Origin: Candidatus Cloacimonadales bacterium
Lineage (GTDB): Bacteria; Cloacimonadota; Cloacimonadia; Cloacimonadales; DAONDQ01
NCBI GenBank assembly: GCA_963662275.1
Contig: OY759316.1
Location: 448,001-512,000, forward strand
Direction: 5' to 3'
DNA: 64,000 nucleotides
Shown here: one piece after another, positions 19,641 through 30,632 of the stretch
Numbering within the stretch: the first letter of the stretch is position 1
Layout of the letters: every line of letters begins with the position of its first letter
Notes under the pieces: model-generated
The model's input: the letters and a program-made list of their open reading frames with translations, nothing else
Told to the model about the DNA's origin: nothing
The model's database searches: none
Position numbers and translations under genes: made by a program

Positions 19641-20453
19641 TTAAACGCGACTTCGTATTTTAGAAACCAAAGAAAAAAGGAAAAGAACAAATAAGGTCAA
19701 AACAATACTCGAACCAGTCGGAATATTCAGCCAGTAAGAAGTTCCAAATCCTACCAGTGCAGAAATAATGGAACTGCCTAAACTCAAGAATATTGCCAGT
19801 TTCAAGCTCCTGGTTAGATTAAAGGCAACCATCCCTGGTAAAACAAGTTCAGCGGTGATCAGGATAACACCTATTACTTTGACAGAGACAACTATGTTCA
19901 ATGCGATCAGTATAAGGAATGCATAATAAACAGCATCAACAGGGATTCTAAATACGCGTGACATGGATTGATGATAAGTCATATAGAATAATTCTTTGAA
20001 GAGTAAAACTACAAAGAGGGTATTTACGACAAACAGAATTCCTAAATGATAAATGTCTCCTTTCGTTACCAAGAGAACATTTCCAAACAAATAGCTGGAA
20101 AGATCGACGGTATAGTCTTTTGCTAGGGAAATCAGGAGAATGCCAAGTGCCATGGAAACGGACAGGAAAACAGTGGTGATGTTTGTTTCTTCAAGATCAT
20201 AATGTCTGGAAATATAGCCAATGATCAAGGCTACCGCCACGACAAAACATAAAGCAGTCAGGTTCATATGCCAGCCAACAAACAATGCCAGGGCGATTCC
20301 GGCAAAAGAAACATGAGATAAAGCTTCACCCATATATGAGATACGTTTCAGGGATATGAAAGGGGATAATACGGCTGTTGCCAGGGAAGCAAGAATAGCT
20401 CCCCAAAAGGCTTTTACCAGGAAACTTGTATGCAGGAAAGAAATATCTATCAC
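19641..20453 (-). CDS. znuB: Zn/Mn ABC transporter permease
   Basis: ALSH..FAGIA, SYLFGN, GVIL; hydrophobic. Confidence 0.88.
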   Translation of the reverse strand: MIDISFLHTSFLVKAFWGAILASLATAVLSPFISLKRISYMGEALSHVSFAGIALALFVGWHMNLTALCFVVAVALIIGYISRHYDLEETNITTVFLSVSMALGILLISLAKDYTVDLSSYLFGNVLLVTKGDIYHLGILFVVNTLFVVLLFKELFYMTYHQSMSRVFRIPVDAVYYAFLILIALNIVVSVKVIGVILITAELVLPGMVAFNLTRSLKLAIFLSLGSSIISALVGFGTSYWLNIPTGSSIVLTLFVLFLFSLVSKIRSRV

Positions 20454-20454
20454 A

Positions 20455-21183
20455 TTAATAGCCTTTTTCTATCAGGTGCACAGTGTCACCAAAAGTACGA
20501 TGTAAAAGCTCTGCATTCACTAACTCAGTTCGTGTATGGCAATGCAAGGTTCGATTGAGGCAGATGAGAAACTGACAATAATTACTCAGCATATTTAAGT
20601 CATGCGAAACTGTGACAATTGTTTTTCCTTGCTTATGAAGAACGGAAAGCAGATCAAAGAAACTGGTCACACCATCCTGGTCAACGCTTGCCTCAGGTTC
20701 ATCCAGGAATAGATATTCCGAACCTGTGACCAAGGCACGAGCTAATAAAACTCTTTGGAATTCTCCACCAGAGAGTGTACCAATATAGTTTTTTTTCACG
20801 TGCAGGACACCCACCTGGTCAAGGGCTTCTTCCGCCAACAGATAATCCTGCTTGGTGAATGGATGAAACATACCTCGCATTCCAGCCAAACCCATGAGTG
20901 CAATATCGATGGCACGTGCGGGGAAGTTCTGATCAAATTCTTCATGTTGGGGCAGGTAACCGATGATATTCTGTTTCAGCCAGAGCTTATTATAAATACC
21001 TTCAATCTTGACTTCACCTTCATAATCTGTGATCAGGTTGAGGATGATCTTCAATAGAGTAGATTTTCCTGCTCCATTAGGACCGATAATGGCGACAAAT
21101 TCACCCTTCGGGATTTGAAGTTCAATGTTCTCAAGGATGTATTTATTTTTCTTTCTAAATTGAAGATTGGATATTTCGATCAT
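20455..21183 (-). CDS. znuC: Zn/Mn ABC transporter ATPase
   Basis: GPNGAGKST, LSGGEFQR, LDEP, SHDL. Confidence 0.88.
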   Translation of the reverse strand: MIEISNLQFRKKNKYILENIELQIPKGEFVAIIGPNGAGKSTLLKIILNLITDYEGEVKIEGIYNKLWLKQNIIGYLPQHEEFDQNFPARAIDIALMGLAGMRGMFHPFTKQDYLLAEEALDQVGVLHVKKNYIGTLSGGEFQRVLLARALVTGSEYLFLDEPEASVDQDGVTSFFDLLSVLHKQGKTIVTVSHDLNMLSNYCQFLICLNRTLHCHTRTELVNAELLHRTFGDTVHLIEKGY

Positions 21184-21212
21184 TCCTTTTTCCCTTATAT
21201 ATGATGTTATTG

Positions 21213-22094
21213 TTAAAATCCCTGCTTCAGTAATTCCCAGTTCTTGAGCAAAAATGCACTGATAGTATTTACATTCAAGGTTGTTCCTATCGGGTCATAT
21301 TTGATAACGGACAACTTATATTCTTTGCCGATGACTTCCGCCGGCTTTGGATTAAACTCCGGTTCAATAAATATCGCATGTACATTATACTGTTTGATCT
21401 TTGCCCCCAAAGCCAGCAATTCCTTTGGGGATGGTTCCTTACCGGGAGAGGATTCAACAGTTCCAATAAGCTTTATAGCATACCTATCATTGAAGTATTT
21501 GAATGAGTCATGAAAGGTTACGATTCCAAGTGTCCTGTATTTTGACCGTTCCATTTGAATCTGCTTATTAGCCTTGGTGATGTCAAGTTCCAGTTGTGCT
21601 AGATTCTGATTGAAAATTTCTTTATGTGAGGGATCTAGTTCTTCTAATCTCAATTCTATCCCTTTGGCAATGAGTACAATCATATCCGGATCTGTCCAAA
21701 GATGCGGATTAAAACTGGTATGTTCCTCCATATCCTGGGTTAGCATGTTTGGAGGGATGAAATCTGCGGAAAAGAGAACTTTGTTCCCAATCTCCTTTAA
21801 ATAGGATATCATGTTTGTTTCCAGGTTTAAGCCATTTGCAATAATCAAATCAGCATCATGTAATTTCTGAACATCCCTCGGAGTGGGGGAATATGTGTGG
21901 GGAGATGCGCTCCCTGGGATAAAAGTTGTCACATCTGCCAGGTTTCCTGCTATTTGCTGTGTTATTAATTGATACGGATAAATCGTGGCAACGATTTGCA
22001 GCTTACCATAACTGGTTTTTTTGGGTGTTGAACAGGCACTTAGAATGACAGCGATTGTTAGAAAAGCAAAGAAATAAAAACTCATTCTATTCAT
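21213..22094 (-). CDS. znuA: Zn/Mn ABC transporter substrate-binding lipoprotein
   Basis: Lipobox LSAC, SPHTY.PTP, NPHLW, FHDSF.YF. Confidence 0.88.
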   Translation of the reverse strand: MNRMSFYFFAFLTIAVILSACSTPKKTSYGKLQIVATIYPYQLITQQIAGNLADVTTFIPGSASPHTYSPTPRDVQKLHDADLIIANGLNLETNMISYLKEIGNKVLFSADFIPPNMLTQDMEEHTSFNPHLWTDPDMIVLIAKGIELRLEELDPSHKEIFNQNLAQLELDITKANKQIQMERSKYRTLGIVTFHDSFKYFNDRYAIKLIGTVESSPGKEPSPKELLALGAKIKQYNVHAIFIEPEFNPKPAEVIGKEYKLSVIKYDPIGTTLNVNTISAFLLKNWELLKQGF

Positions 22095-22377
22095 TGTATC
22101 TCCATAATTATTTTATACTTTAATTGAATAATATTCTTTATGAATAATCCAAATTTATTGGCAGGGTGTCAAGAATTTAAATACTATCTGGTTGGGCATT
22201 GTTCATAATGAAGAACATACATTTCTATTAAAAGATAAAATTGGATTCAAACTAAGCTCAAAACACATTTGATAGTCTCATATATGAAACCAACTATATT
22301 CCTACTGCGAGAAGCATGTATGCAGCATATACGCAATTTCTATTAACCTAATTCTTCATGGTATTATTCAACTTGTA

Positions 22378-24126
22378 TTAGATAGGATTAGGTTTATCTA
22401 GTGTTTTTCTGATTTGTTCAACCAAGTTCCTCGTATTATATGGTTTCATGAGGATATTCCTGATACCTAGACTACCGGCTTCTTCAGTTGTTATTTGTTC
22501 GATCATCCCGGTAGCAAGAATAATCGGAATATCCGGTCTGATACCGATGATCCGCTCAGCCAGTTCCATACCGGTTAATCCCGACATTGCAGCATCGGTG
22601 ATGATTAGATCATAAGAGGTAGGATTATTTTCAAAATTTGCTAAGGCTTCCTTACTATCAGTAAAACCTTTCACAAGATATCCTTGTTTGTTTAGATATT
22701 GGCTGGCAATATCAACAAGTCCTGATTCATCATCTACAAAAAGGATACGTTCGGAATTGCCAGTAATTTGAGGTTTAATGGCGAATAATTCATTTTCAAT
22801 AAAGGGTTCAAATCTTGGGAAGAGGATTGTAAATTTAGTTCCTACACCAACTTTACTTTCAACTCGAATCGCTCCCTCATGAGTTTTAACGATATTGCTA
22901 ATAATGGATAATCCCAAACCGGTACTTTCATTATGTGGCTTTGTAGTAAAATAGGAGTCAAAAATATGTTCCAGGACATCAGGTTGAATACCGCATCCCG
23001 AATCAGCAAAAGTCATTTTGTAGCAATGTATGGAAGTTAATTCAGGATAATTACCAATGGTATTTGGGTTAATATCTTCTTTTTCAAGTGTTACATCAAT
23101 TGTTCCACTTGCTAGTTTCATACTATTAGCGGAATTGATGCCTAGATTCATGATGATTTGATGAATTTGACCAGGAACAGCCATGATTTTGTCTTCACAG
23201 AAGCATAATTTATCTGTTATCTTAATAGATCTTGGAATAACAGCTTTGAGTAGTTTTAGGGCTTCCCTGATATTCGTTTGGAGATCGGTAACGATAGCTT
23301 TAGACTCTTCTTTTCGACTATATGCAACTAGTTGTTGAATTACTTCCTTACCTCTATTTGCTGAAAAAAGAATATCCCTCAATTTCGAATATGTAGGGGA
23401 AGAAGTAGGGACATCCTCAACGGCAAGTTCGGTATTACCAATGATGGCACTAAGTATATTGTTAAAATCATGAGCAATGCCACCGACAAAAGATCCTATG
23501 GATTCAAGTTTCTGCATTTGAATCATGCTTTGCTCACGTTCCAATTCCTTGGTAATATCATGACAACCTGCCAGGAGACTTGTAATATTCCCTTTTAAAT
23601 CATATATTGGTGAAACGATAATTTCTACAGTATAATCATGGCAATCCGGATGATGATTTGTAATTCTATCTTTCCAGGTTTTACCGCTAAGTACAGTTAC
23701 CCAGAATATATCTGTTTTTTCTGGTGAGGATGTTGGGGTTGGGATAGAAGTAAAATAACTCCCAATCAGTTTTTCACGGGAGACTCCGCTGATCTTTTCA
23801 TAACTTGCATTGACATATTGGATATGACCTTCTATATTCAGGATGACAACTCCCTCGGAAGATTGTTCAATACCTTGAGCTAAAGAATGGATTTCCTCGT
23901 CCGCTATCTTTTTCTGCATAGCAATGGCATTCACAGATTGAGCAATATAAAAAATGCCCATAATTTCTAAGATAGCACCAATAATAGCCAGAATCCCACC
24001 GATATCATTGTTGACTTCGAAATAGACACCCCTGGGTAGAAGACCCACTACTTTGAGGATAATGAACTGATAGGTAAAAATATATCCACAAATGATATAG
24101 ACTAAAGCTTTCTTAAGCTTATTCAT
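22378..24126 (-). CDS. Hybrid PAS sensor histidine kinase/response regulator
   Basis: N-terminal TM segments, PAS domain, GGIAHDFNNIL, FTTK...GLGL, receiver domain ILFVDDE...KP. Confidence 0.92.
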   Translation of the reverse strand: MNKLKKALVYIICGYIFTYQFIILKVVGLLPRGVYFEVNNDIGGILAIIGAILEIMGIFYIAQSVNAIAMQKKIADEEIHSLAQGIEQSSEGVVILNIEGHIQYVNASYEKISGVSREKLIGSYFTSIPTPTSSPEKTDIFWVTVLSGKTWKDRITNHHPDCHDYTVEIIVSPIYDLKGNITSLLAGCHDITKELEREQSMIQMQKLESIGSFVGGIAHDFNNILSAIIGNTELAVEDVPTSSPTYSKLRDILFSANRGKEVIQQLVAYSRKEESKAIVTDLQTNIREALKLLKAVIPRSIKITDKLCFCEDKIMAVPGQIHQIIMNLGINSANSMKLASGTIDVTLEKEDINPNTIGNYPELTSIHCYKMTFADSGCGIQPDVLEHIFDSYFTTKPHNESTGLGLSIISNIVKTHEGAIRVESKVGVGTKFTILFPRFEPFIENELFAIKPQITGNSERILFVDDESGLVDIASQYLNKQGYLVKGFTDSKEALANFENNPTSYDLIITDAAMSGLTGMELAERIIGIRPDIPIILATGMIEQITTEEAGSLGIRNILMKPYNTRNLVEQIRKTLDKPNPI

Positions 24127-24334
24127 GGATCCTCCATATATTAGTTTCAAAATTCATTATTAGAATAAAATGTCTCACTTTGCATGTCAACAAATTTCAC
24201 TCTCCTGTATAATTCCTGGTAATATGTGATATGGAAGGAAGTTAATTGACAAATAGTTGCTGACTGAATTCCATACAAAAAGTACTGTAATTGCATAAGT
24301 AATGAAGATTATTATAAAAGGTAGGCAAAAGGAA

Positions 24335-26023
24335 ATGAAACAGAATAGTCTTTTCATTCTGGCGTTGATTCTTGTAAGTTGTTTATTCTCTCAATCAATT
24401 GATAAAAAGATATCGGATATTGCATTACGAGCAGAAATTAGTGATACTTTAACTGTCATTCAAAAGCCTTTAATTAACATTCCAGCTATCGTGATTCCAG
24501 GGGAGAGCTTAACAATCGAATGTGTTGCACCTCAAACCACAGTTAATTGGACAGCGCAACTCAAAAAAAATACGCATATCGTGGACATGAATATTACAAA
24601 CAGTATATATTCTACAAGCCCACCACGCTGGGTTATTACAGCAACAGTCCCTGCTGTACAGGTTTATGAACTATATGATTTATATGTTACTGCCTCAGGT
24701 GGAATATCGGATAGAACCAAGCATAGTGTTCAAGTTTTACCTTCAAGAAAGACCAGCTATTATTTTGCTCAAGTAACCGATGTTCACTTGCCATCTCCAA
24801 TCTTTTCACCCAATACAGGTTATGATACCGATTCGACTTCAATAAATGATTTTCGCGAAGTAGTAAAAGATCTGAATATCATCAGACCGGAATTTGTTGT
24901 AATTATAGGTGATTACATCAATGAAGGAGAATTGGAAGATTATCAGAATCTTCACTACGTTGCGAAAGGGAAAAGAATCATGGCTGAGTTGGAGGTTCCT
25001 GTCTACTTAATGAGTGGAAATCACGACATTGGTGGATGGACTCAAACACCGCCACCAGCGGGTTCATCTCGCAAATTCTGGTGGAAGTACTTTGGGTGGA
25101 GTTGGTTGAATAATTCGTCAACTTCATGGGCATATCATACCCAGGATTATAGTTTTAATTATGGTTCAACTCATTTCACATGTTTGGAAGGATATCTCAA
25201 TTACGAAGATTACTTGCTGAATATTTATGGAGATCAGAGTTTCACTACTACTCAAATGACTTGGCTACGAAACGATCTGAGTACCTGTAATGCTATGACA
25301 AAAGTTCTTTTATATCATTACGATTTCTCCAGCCAGATAAATCTGTCTACTCTCGGTGTTCAAATGGCTCTTTGGGGACATATGCATAGTAATTCAGGTT
25401 CCATTACATCAACACCATATAATCTAGGACTAAAAAATTGTTCTACAGGCAATAGGGCATATCGGATAGTGAAAGTGAATAATGGAATATTGCAGCCGTT
25501 TGCTCCATGCACAGCAGGTAGTTCAGGCAGTCAAATCAGTATTGCATATTCTCCCAATAATGCTGGAATTGCAGATAGCATCAGAGCTACTTTAGTTAAT
25601 AATCAATCCATCGCTTTTGAAAATTCTTTAGTAAAATTTATTATGCCTCCTGGAAATGCAGAATATGCAGTTTTAAACGGCACGATAGAGCAGGTGGACA
25701 GAACTTCCATTTATAATGTTGTTTATGTGAAAACATCATTATCAGCTAATTCAACGAAATATGTCAGCTTGTGGGTTAATGGCGTAGGATATCCGGAGGA
25801 AATGGATATAACGGTCAATAATTCAAATGAGAATGCGACTATCAGTTGGAATTCATCATGGGGGCATCCACTTGGTTATAGAATATATCGATCCACTACT
25901 TCAAATTTTATTCCGACACCGAATTTATTGATTGGAACTTGTCCTGCAAGCCAGACATCTTATATTGATGTTGGGGTCACACATACAGGTAATTACTTCT
26001 ATCGGGTTGTTTCATATAAATAA
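24335..26023 (+). CDS. Secreted calcineurin-like metallophosphoesterase with C-terminal FN3-like domain
   Basis: TDVH, GDYIN, GNHD, WGHMH; C-terminal W...GYRIYRS...YID...YFYRV. Confidence 0.8.
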   Translation: MKQNSLFILALILVSCLFSQSIDKKISDIALRAEISDTLTVIQKPLINIPAIVIPGESLTIECVAPQTTVNWTAQLKKNTHIVDMNITNSIYSTSPPRWVITATVPAVQVYELYDLYVTASGGISDRTKHSVQVLPSRKTSYYFAQVTDVHLPSPIFSPNTGYDTDSTSINDFREVVKDLNIIRPEFVVIIGDYINEGELEDYQNLHYVAKGKRIMAELEVPVYLMSGNHDIGGWTQTPPPAGSSRKFWWKYFGWSWLNNSSTSWAYHTQDYSFNYGSTHFTCLEGYLNYEDYLLNIYGDQSFTTTQMTWLRNDLSTCNAMTKVLLYHYDFSSQINLSTLGVQMALWGHMHSNSGSITSTPYNLGLKNCSTGNRAYRIVKVNNGILQPFAPCTAGSSGSQISIAYSPNNAGIADSIRATLVNNQSIAFENSLVKFIMPPGNAEYAVLNGTIEQVDRTSIYNVVYVKTSLSANSTKYVSLWVNGVGYPEEMDITVNNSNENATISWNSSWGHPLGYRIYRSTTSNFIPTPNLLIGTCPASQTSYIDVGVTHTGNYFYRVVSYK

Positions 26024-26287
26024 TACAGTTTTGCCTGTTTGTTGATAAGTATTTAAATAAAAAATAGAGAAATTGTATGAACAAAGTGAATAGAGATTGT
26101 TACTTATTATAACCACTGCTTCAAGAATCATATACGTCTTGTAAACAAGCTTTTACGATGATAGATATCTATATATTTTTAGCCAAAATCAGGTATTTTA
26201 TGCAAGTACGGAAAAAATATCTTGAACGATTTGAGCGTTTCTGCGTTTTTGATTTTCTCAGAGTATGATCTAATTATAGGAGTCGAT

Positions 26288-28084
26288 ATGTTAGAAGACT
26301 TAAGGAAACGGCAAAAGTACGTTATTTGGGTTGTAATCATCGCTTTCGTCGTTGGTATGGGTGTTATGGGCGTAAGCAGCTTGGATTTCTTCAAACAAAA
26401 GAATGTCGTAGGTAGCGTGAATGGGAAAAAAATCACCTATCCCGAATATGAGAAGTTGCTGCAAAATGCAATTCAGAACTACATGCAGGGTAATCCTGAT
26501 GTTGAGTTGACTGAAGAAACCATACAATCAATCAATGATCAGACTTGGGATCGCTATGTGATGCGAACTTTATTAGATAAACAGTTAAAGAAATACCATG
26601 TTACTGTAACAGATAAAGAAATATTGGATAAGATGAAGAATAGTCCACCGGATGATGTCAAAGGAAGCCAGTATTTCCAGACAAATGGTCAGTTTGATTA
26701 TCAGAAGTATTTATCAGCACTCACCAGTAATGAACAATTCGCAGCAGCTATTGAACAGAATGTTCGTGAAGGTCTTCCCTATGAAAAACTTGTTAAAGTG
26801 ATTAAAGCTCAGGTCAAGATTGCTCCTGATAGTGTACGTCGCGAATATACCAATAACAATAATTCGGCTGATGCACAGATTATTTTCTTTGATAATCAGA
26901 AAGCAGGTAATTTTGAAGTATCTGATGCTGAAATCAAGACATATTACGAAAAGAATAAAGAAATCGAATTCAAACGCAAACCAGCTTCTAAAATTCGCTT
27001 TATCCAATTGAACCTTGAACCGAGTAATGAAGATTTTAATTCCACCAAACGTGATATTAATGACGTTTATGAGCGAATCAATGCAGGTGAGGATTTTGCC
27101 AAACTCGCAGCAGAATTTTCCCAGGATCCGGGAAGTAAACAGAACGGTGGAGATTTAGGCTTCTTTAAACAAGGACAAATGGTTCCTGAATTTGATAAAG
27201 TGGCTTTTAGTTTAGAAATCGGTCAAATTTCTCAACCTTTCAAAACCAGCTTTGGCTGGCATATTATGAAAGTGACGGAAAAACGTGTTGATGATAAAGG
27301 TGTTCCTGAAGTTAAAGCCAGTCATATTCTCCTCAAGGTGAAAGCAAGCCAGACAACAAAAGATGAATTGCAGGTAAAGGCTGATGCTATTCGTAAATTG
27401 ATTAAGAAAAATGGAATTGAAGCTGCTGCTAAGAAATACAAAGTGGAAGCTCCCGAATCAGATGAAATTGCTAAGGATGCCAAATATCTGCCATATATAG
27501 GTAAAAATGATAAGTTACTTGCTTGGGCTAAAAAAGCTCGTTTACATTCTATTTCTGAAGTAGTTCATACACCACAAGGCGCGCTTGTCATTGCACAGAT
27601 CTCTTATAAAGCAGGTGATCATTATGCCGTTATGAACGATCTCCTGAAATCACAAATCAAAGCTTCTGTAGTGAAGGAAAAACAACTTGTCGCAATGGAA
27701 AAGAAAGCCAAAGAATTCATGGCAATGTACAAACCGGATCAGTATCTGGCAATGGCAACAAAGGAAGGAATTCAAATCATTGATGCCAAAAGTGTCAAAT
27801 TATACCAGGGTATGCCGACGATTGGTACTCAACCTGAGTTGACAAAAGATATTTTGAAAACAAATCCAAATCAGTTCACACCTCTGGTAAAAGGAAAGGA
27901 AGGTTTATTCCTGGCTTTTGTCACTAGCAGGATGATGCCTGATATGAAAGCATTCGATTCCCAGAAGGAAAGTCTTTTGAAGAATATGCAGAATCGTGAA
28001 GAAGAAGCATATACGAATAAGTGGTATACAGACCTGAAAGAAAATGCAGTTATCATTGATAACCGTGCAGAATTCAGTTTCTAA
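26288..28084 (+). CDS. PpiD/SurA-type parvulin peptidylprolyl isomerase
   Basis: N-terminal [41 protein letters not shown]. Confidence 0.88.
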   Translation: MLEDLRKRQKYVIWVVIIAFVVGMGVMGVSSLDFFKQKNVVGSVNGKKITYPEYEKLLQNAIQNYMQGNPDVELTEETIQSINDQTWDRYVMRTLLDKQLKKYHVTVTDKEILDKMKNSPPDDVKGSQYFQTNGQFDYQKYLSALTSNEQFAAAIEQNVREGLPYEKLVKVIKAQVKIAPDSVRREYTNNNNSADAQIIFFDNQKAGNFEVSDAEIKTYYEKNKEIEFKRKPASKIRFIQLNLEPSNEDFNSTKRDINDVYERINAGEDFAKLAAEFSQDPGSKQNGGDLGFFKQGQMVPEFDKVAFSLEIGQISQPFKTSFGWHIMKVTEKRVDDKGVPEVKASHILLKVKASQTTKDELQVKADAIRKLIKKNGIEAAAKKYKVEAPESDEIAKDAKYLPYIGKNDKLLAWAKKARLHSISEVVHTPQGALVIAQISYKAGDHYAVMNDLLKSQIKASVVKEKQLVAMEKKAKEFMAMYKPDQYLAMATKEGIQIIDAKSVKLYQGMPTIGTQPELTKDILKTNPNQFTPLVKGKEGLFLAFVTSRMMPDMKAFDSQKESLLKNMQNREEEAYTNKWYTDLKENAVIIDNRAEFSF

Positions 28085-28099
28085 TAAATAATCATAGAC

Positions 28100-28128
28100 A
28101 AAAAGCCGATGGTAACATCGGCTTTTTT
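28100..28128 (+). terminator. Rho-independent terminator
   Basis: AAAAAGCCGATG-GTAA-CATCGGCTTTTTT. Confidence 0.85.
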
Positions 28129-28219
28129 CTTCATACAGCCCAACAGGAGATAATATGAGTAAAATAACTTCTAATCAATCATGTGGCATAAGATTCCTAT
28201 CTTATGGAAGTGAGATAAT

Positions 28220-29563
28220 ATGAGTAAACTCATGGTTAGTGTTTCAGGGATTCGAGGGATTTTTGGAGATACATTCACTCCTGAAATCGCTTTTCAATAT
28301 GCTTCGCATTATGGTATGTTTTGTGGTAAAGGCAAAATTGTTGTTGGACGTGATTCACGAACTACCGGTGAAACGATCTATCATGCCATCGTATCAGGTT
28401 TACTAAGTGTTGGATGCAGCGTGGTAAATCTGGGGATAGCATCAACTCCAACCGTCTTGCTTACGGTAGAAGAATCAGACGCAGTAGGTGGTATTGCCAT
28501 CACAGCTTCACACAATCCGGCTGAATGGAATGCATTAAAAATCGTTGGTAAGAATGGATTATTCCTCTATCCCGAAGTTGCCCAGGAATTCCTATCTAGT
28601 ATTGATACTCCCCTGGTTTTTACAAAATGGAATGAGATGGGCACAGTTGAAGAGGACTATGATGCAGGTTTCAGGCATATTCAAAAGATTTTATCAATTC
28701 CCTATCTTGATTTGGAAGCAATCAGAAAACGTAGATTTAAAGTTGTCCTGGATTCTGTTAATGGAGCAGGAGGCGTAATTTCTCCAACCTTATTGTTAGA
28801 GCTTGGGTGTGAATTAATTGAATTGAACTCGGAACCAAGCGGTTATTTTGCTCATACTCCAGAACCTCTTAACCAAAATCTCAAACAATTGGAAGAAGCC
28901 GTTAAAATACATCATGCAGACATAGGTTTTGCTACGGATCCGGATGTGGATAGACTAGCTATCGTTTCAGAGAAAGGCGAATGTATTGGGGAAGAAATGA
29001 CTGTCCTCATGGCAGAAGAATTTGTCCTGCGAAAGAAAAAAGGCGATATTGTAGTCAATCTTTCATCTTCGATGGCTTCTGAAGATATTGCTGCGAAATA
29101 TGGATGTCAAGTACAGCGTACAAAAGTGGGTGAAATAAACGTCGGAAAGAAAATGCAGGAAATCAGTTCTCCTATTGGTGGTGAAGGTAATGGCGGTGTT
29201 ATTTGCCCAGACGTTCACTATACTCGTGATGCTTTAGCCGGCATGGCATTAATTCTTGGTTTACTTACTGAAGAAAAGAAAACTGTATCCTCTATTATCG
29301 AATCTATTCCGCATTATTATTTTGCTAAGGATAAGATTACTGTTGCTCATGAAAAGCTTGATTCAATCATGAAGAATGCAGAAACTATCTATGCAGGTCT
29401 CAAGCAGGATAAACAGGATGGTTTAAAAATACTAGGGGATAAGTATTGGATTCATATCCGTAAATCAGGGACAGAACCCATTATTCGTGTTTATGTTGAA
29501 AGCGAGAGTCCTGAACGTTCAATAGAGATTTGTCAATCAGCTATCAAGAAGCTCTTGGCATAA
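28220..29563 (+). CDS. glmM: Phosphoglucosamine mutase / phosphohexomutase
   Basis: SGIRG, ITASHNP, DPDVDR, GGEGNGG, RKSGTEP. Confidence 0.8.
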   Translation: MSKLMVSVSGIRGIFGDTFTPEIAFQYASHYGMFCGKGKIVVGRDSRTTGETIYHAIVSGLLSVGCSVVNLGIASTPTVLLTVEESDAVGGIAITASHNPAEWNALKIVGKNGLFLYPEVAQEFLSSIDTPLVFTKWNEMGTVEEDYDAGFRHIQKILSIPYLDLEAIRKRRFKVVLDSVNGAGGVISPTLLLELGCELIELNSEPSGYFAHTPEPLNQNLKQLEEAVKIHHADIGFATDPDVDRLAIVSEKGECIGEEMTVLMAEEFVLRKKKGDIVVNLSSSMASEDIAAKYGCQVQRTKVGEINVGKKMQEISSPIGGEGNGGVICPDVHYTRDALAGMALILGLLTEEKKTVSSIIESIPHYYFAKDKITVAHEKLDSIMKNAETIYAGLKQDKQDGLKILGDKYWIHIRKSGTEPIIRVYVESESPERSIEICQSAIKKLLA

Positions 29564-29571
29564 GGATGAAG

Positions 29572-30591
29572 TTACTGGCTCAAAACTCTCAGGGCATTGC
29601 CATTGAAGATAGAGTGTTTTTCATTTTCCGATAAGCCCTTATAGCTAAGGAATTCGGATATTCCAGGATAACATGTAGGGTCTTCCAAGCCTGGCTCAAT
29701 GTCAATCAAGCCATCAAAATCTGAACCTAATGCAATGTATTCAATACCCCAATGATCAATAATCTCAGCAATTATGCGATATAACAAATGATATCCTTTC
29801 GGATAGCCATCACTGGGTATGATCTCGTTCTCAATCGCTAAAAAATCAGGACAGAATGTTAAACCTACTACTCCCTTTCTTTCCTTGAGCATATCCATCT
29901 GAGAGTCAGTCAAATTGCGAGGAAACGGATTTAATCGTATGATATTGGCATGGGATGCAATGACTGGAGTATATAGAAGATCTGCTATTTCCAATGAGGC
30001 TTGAGCAGACATATGGGAGATATCCAATATGAACGATAACTCATTCATCTTGGCAGCCAAATCCTTCCCTTTTTTGAACATACCACCACCTTCCAGGAAT
30101 GAAGGGACATAAGGTAATATTCTATTCCACGTAGGGGCTATTATCCGGATTCCCAGTTCAGCAAAGATATCCAGTAAATCCAGATTACCTTCAATTACTT
30201 CTAAACCTTCAATAGTGATATTGATTCCCGTTTGATTGTCATCCCAATGTGAAATCAAGTCATTTGAATTTCGAATCATGAACCAATCCGGGTTATTAGC
30301 AATATCCCTTTTTATCATTTGAATCATCTGGAGCGCATTATGAAGTGCTCCCTGCAAACTGTAATTTGCTAAGTACAAGGATTGTGCCTGCATTTTAACA
30401 TGTCCGGCTTTGAGCTTATCAGGAGTGATTGCCAATGTATCTTCGGCTTTCATCAACTGATTGGGTTCATTGGGCTGAGGAAACATAGCTCGTTTGAGGA
30501 AGCGTTGTTTATAAAACAACAACTTCTTAAAATAAGTATCAGCGTGAAGATCAATAACCGGAATAGGTTTTTTATTCATTCTCATCACCAT
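29572..30591 (-). CDS. Membrane dipeptidase (M19)
   Basis: IDLHAD, EG, DISH, ASHAN, LGSDFDG. Confidence 0.85.
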   Translation of the reverse strand: MVMRMNKKPIPVIDLHADTYFKKLLFYKQRFLKRAMFPQPNEPNQLMKAEDTLAITPDKLKAGHVKMQAQSLYLANYSLQGALHNALQMIQMIKRDIANNPDWFMIRNSNDLISHWDDNQTGINITIEGLEVIEGNLDLLDIFAELGIRIIAPTWNRILPYVPSFLEGGGMFKKGKDLAAKMNELSFILDISHMSAQASLEIADLLYTPVIASHANIIRLNPFPRNLTDSQMDMLKERKGVVGLTFCPDFLAIENEIIPSDGYPKGYHLLYRIIAEIIDHWGIEYIALGSDFDGLIDIEPGLEDPTCYPGISEFLSYKGLSENEKHSIFNGNALRVLSQ

Positions 30592-30632
30592 CCCTTATTC
30601 AACAAGAACGAAGTCTTGCTCAACAATAAAAT

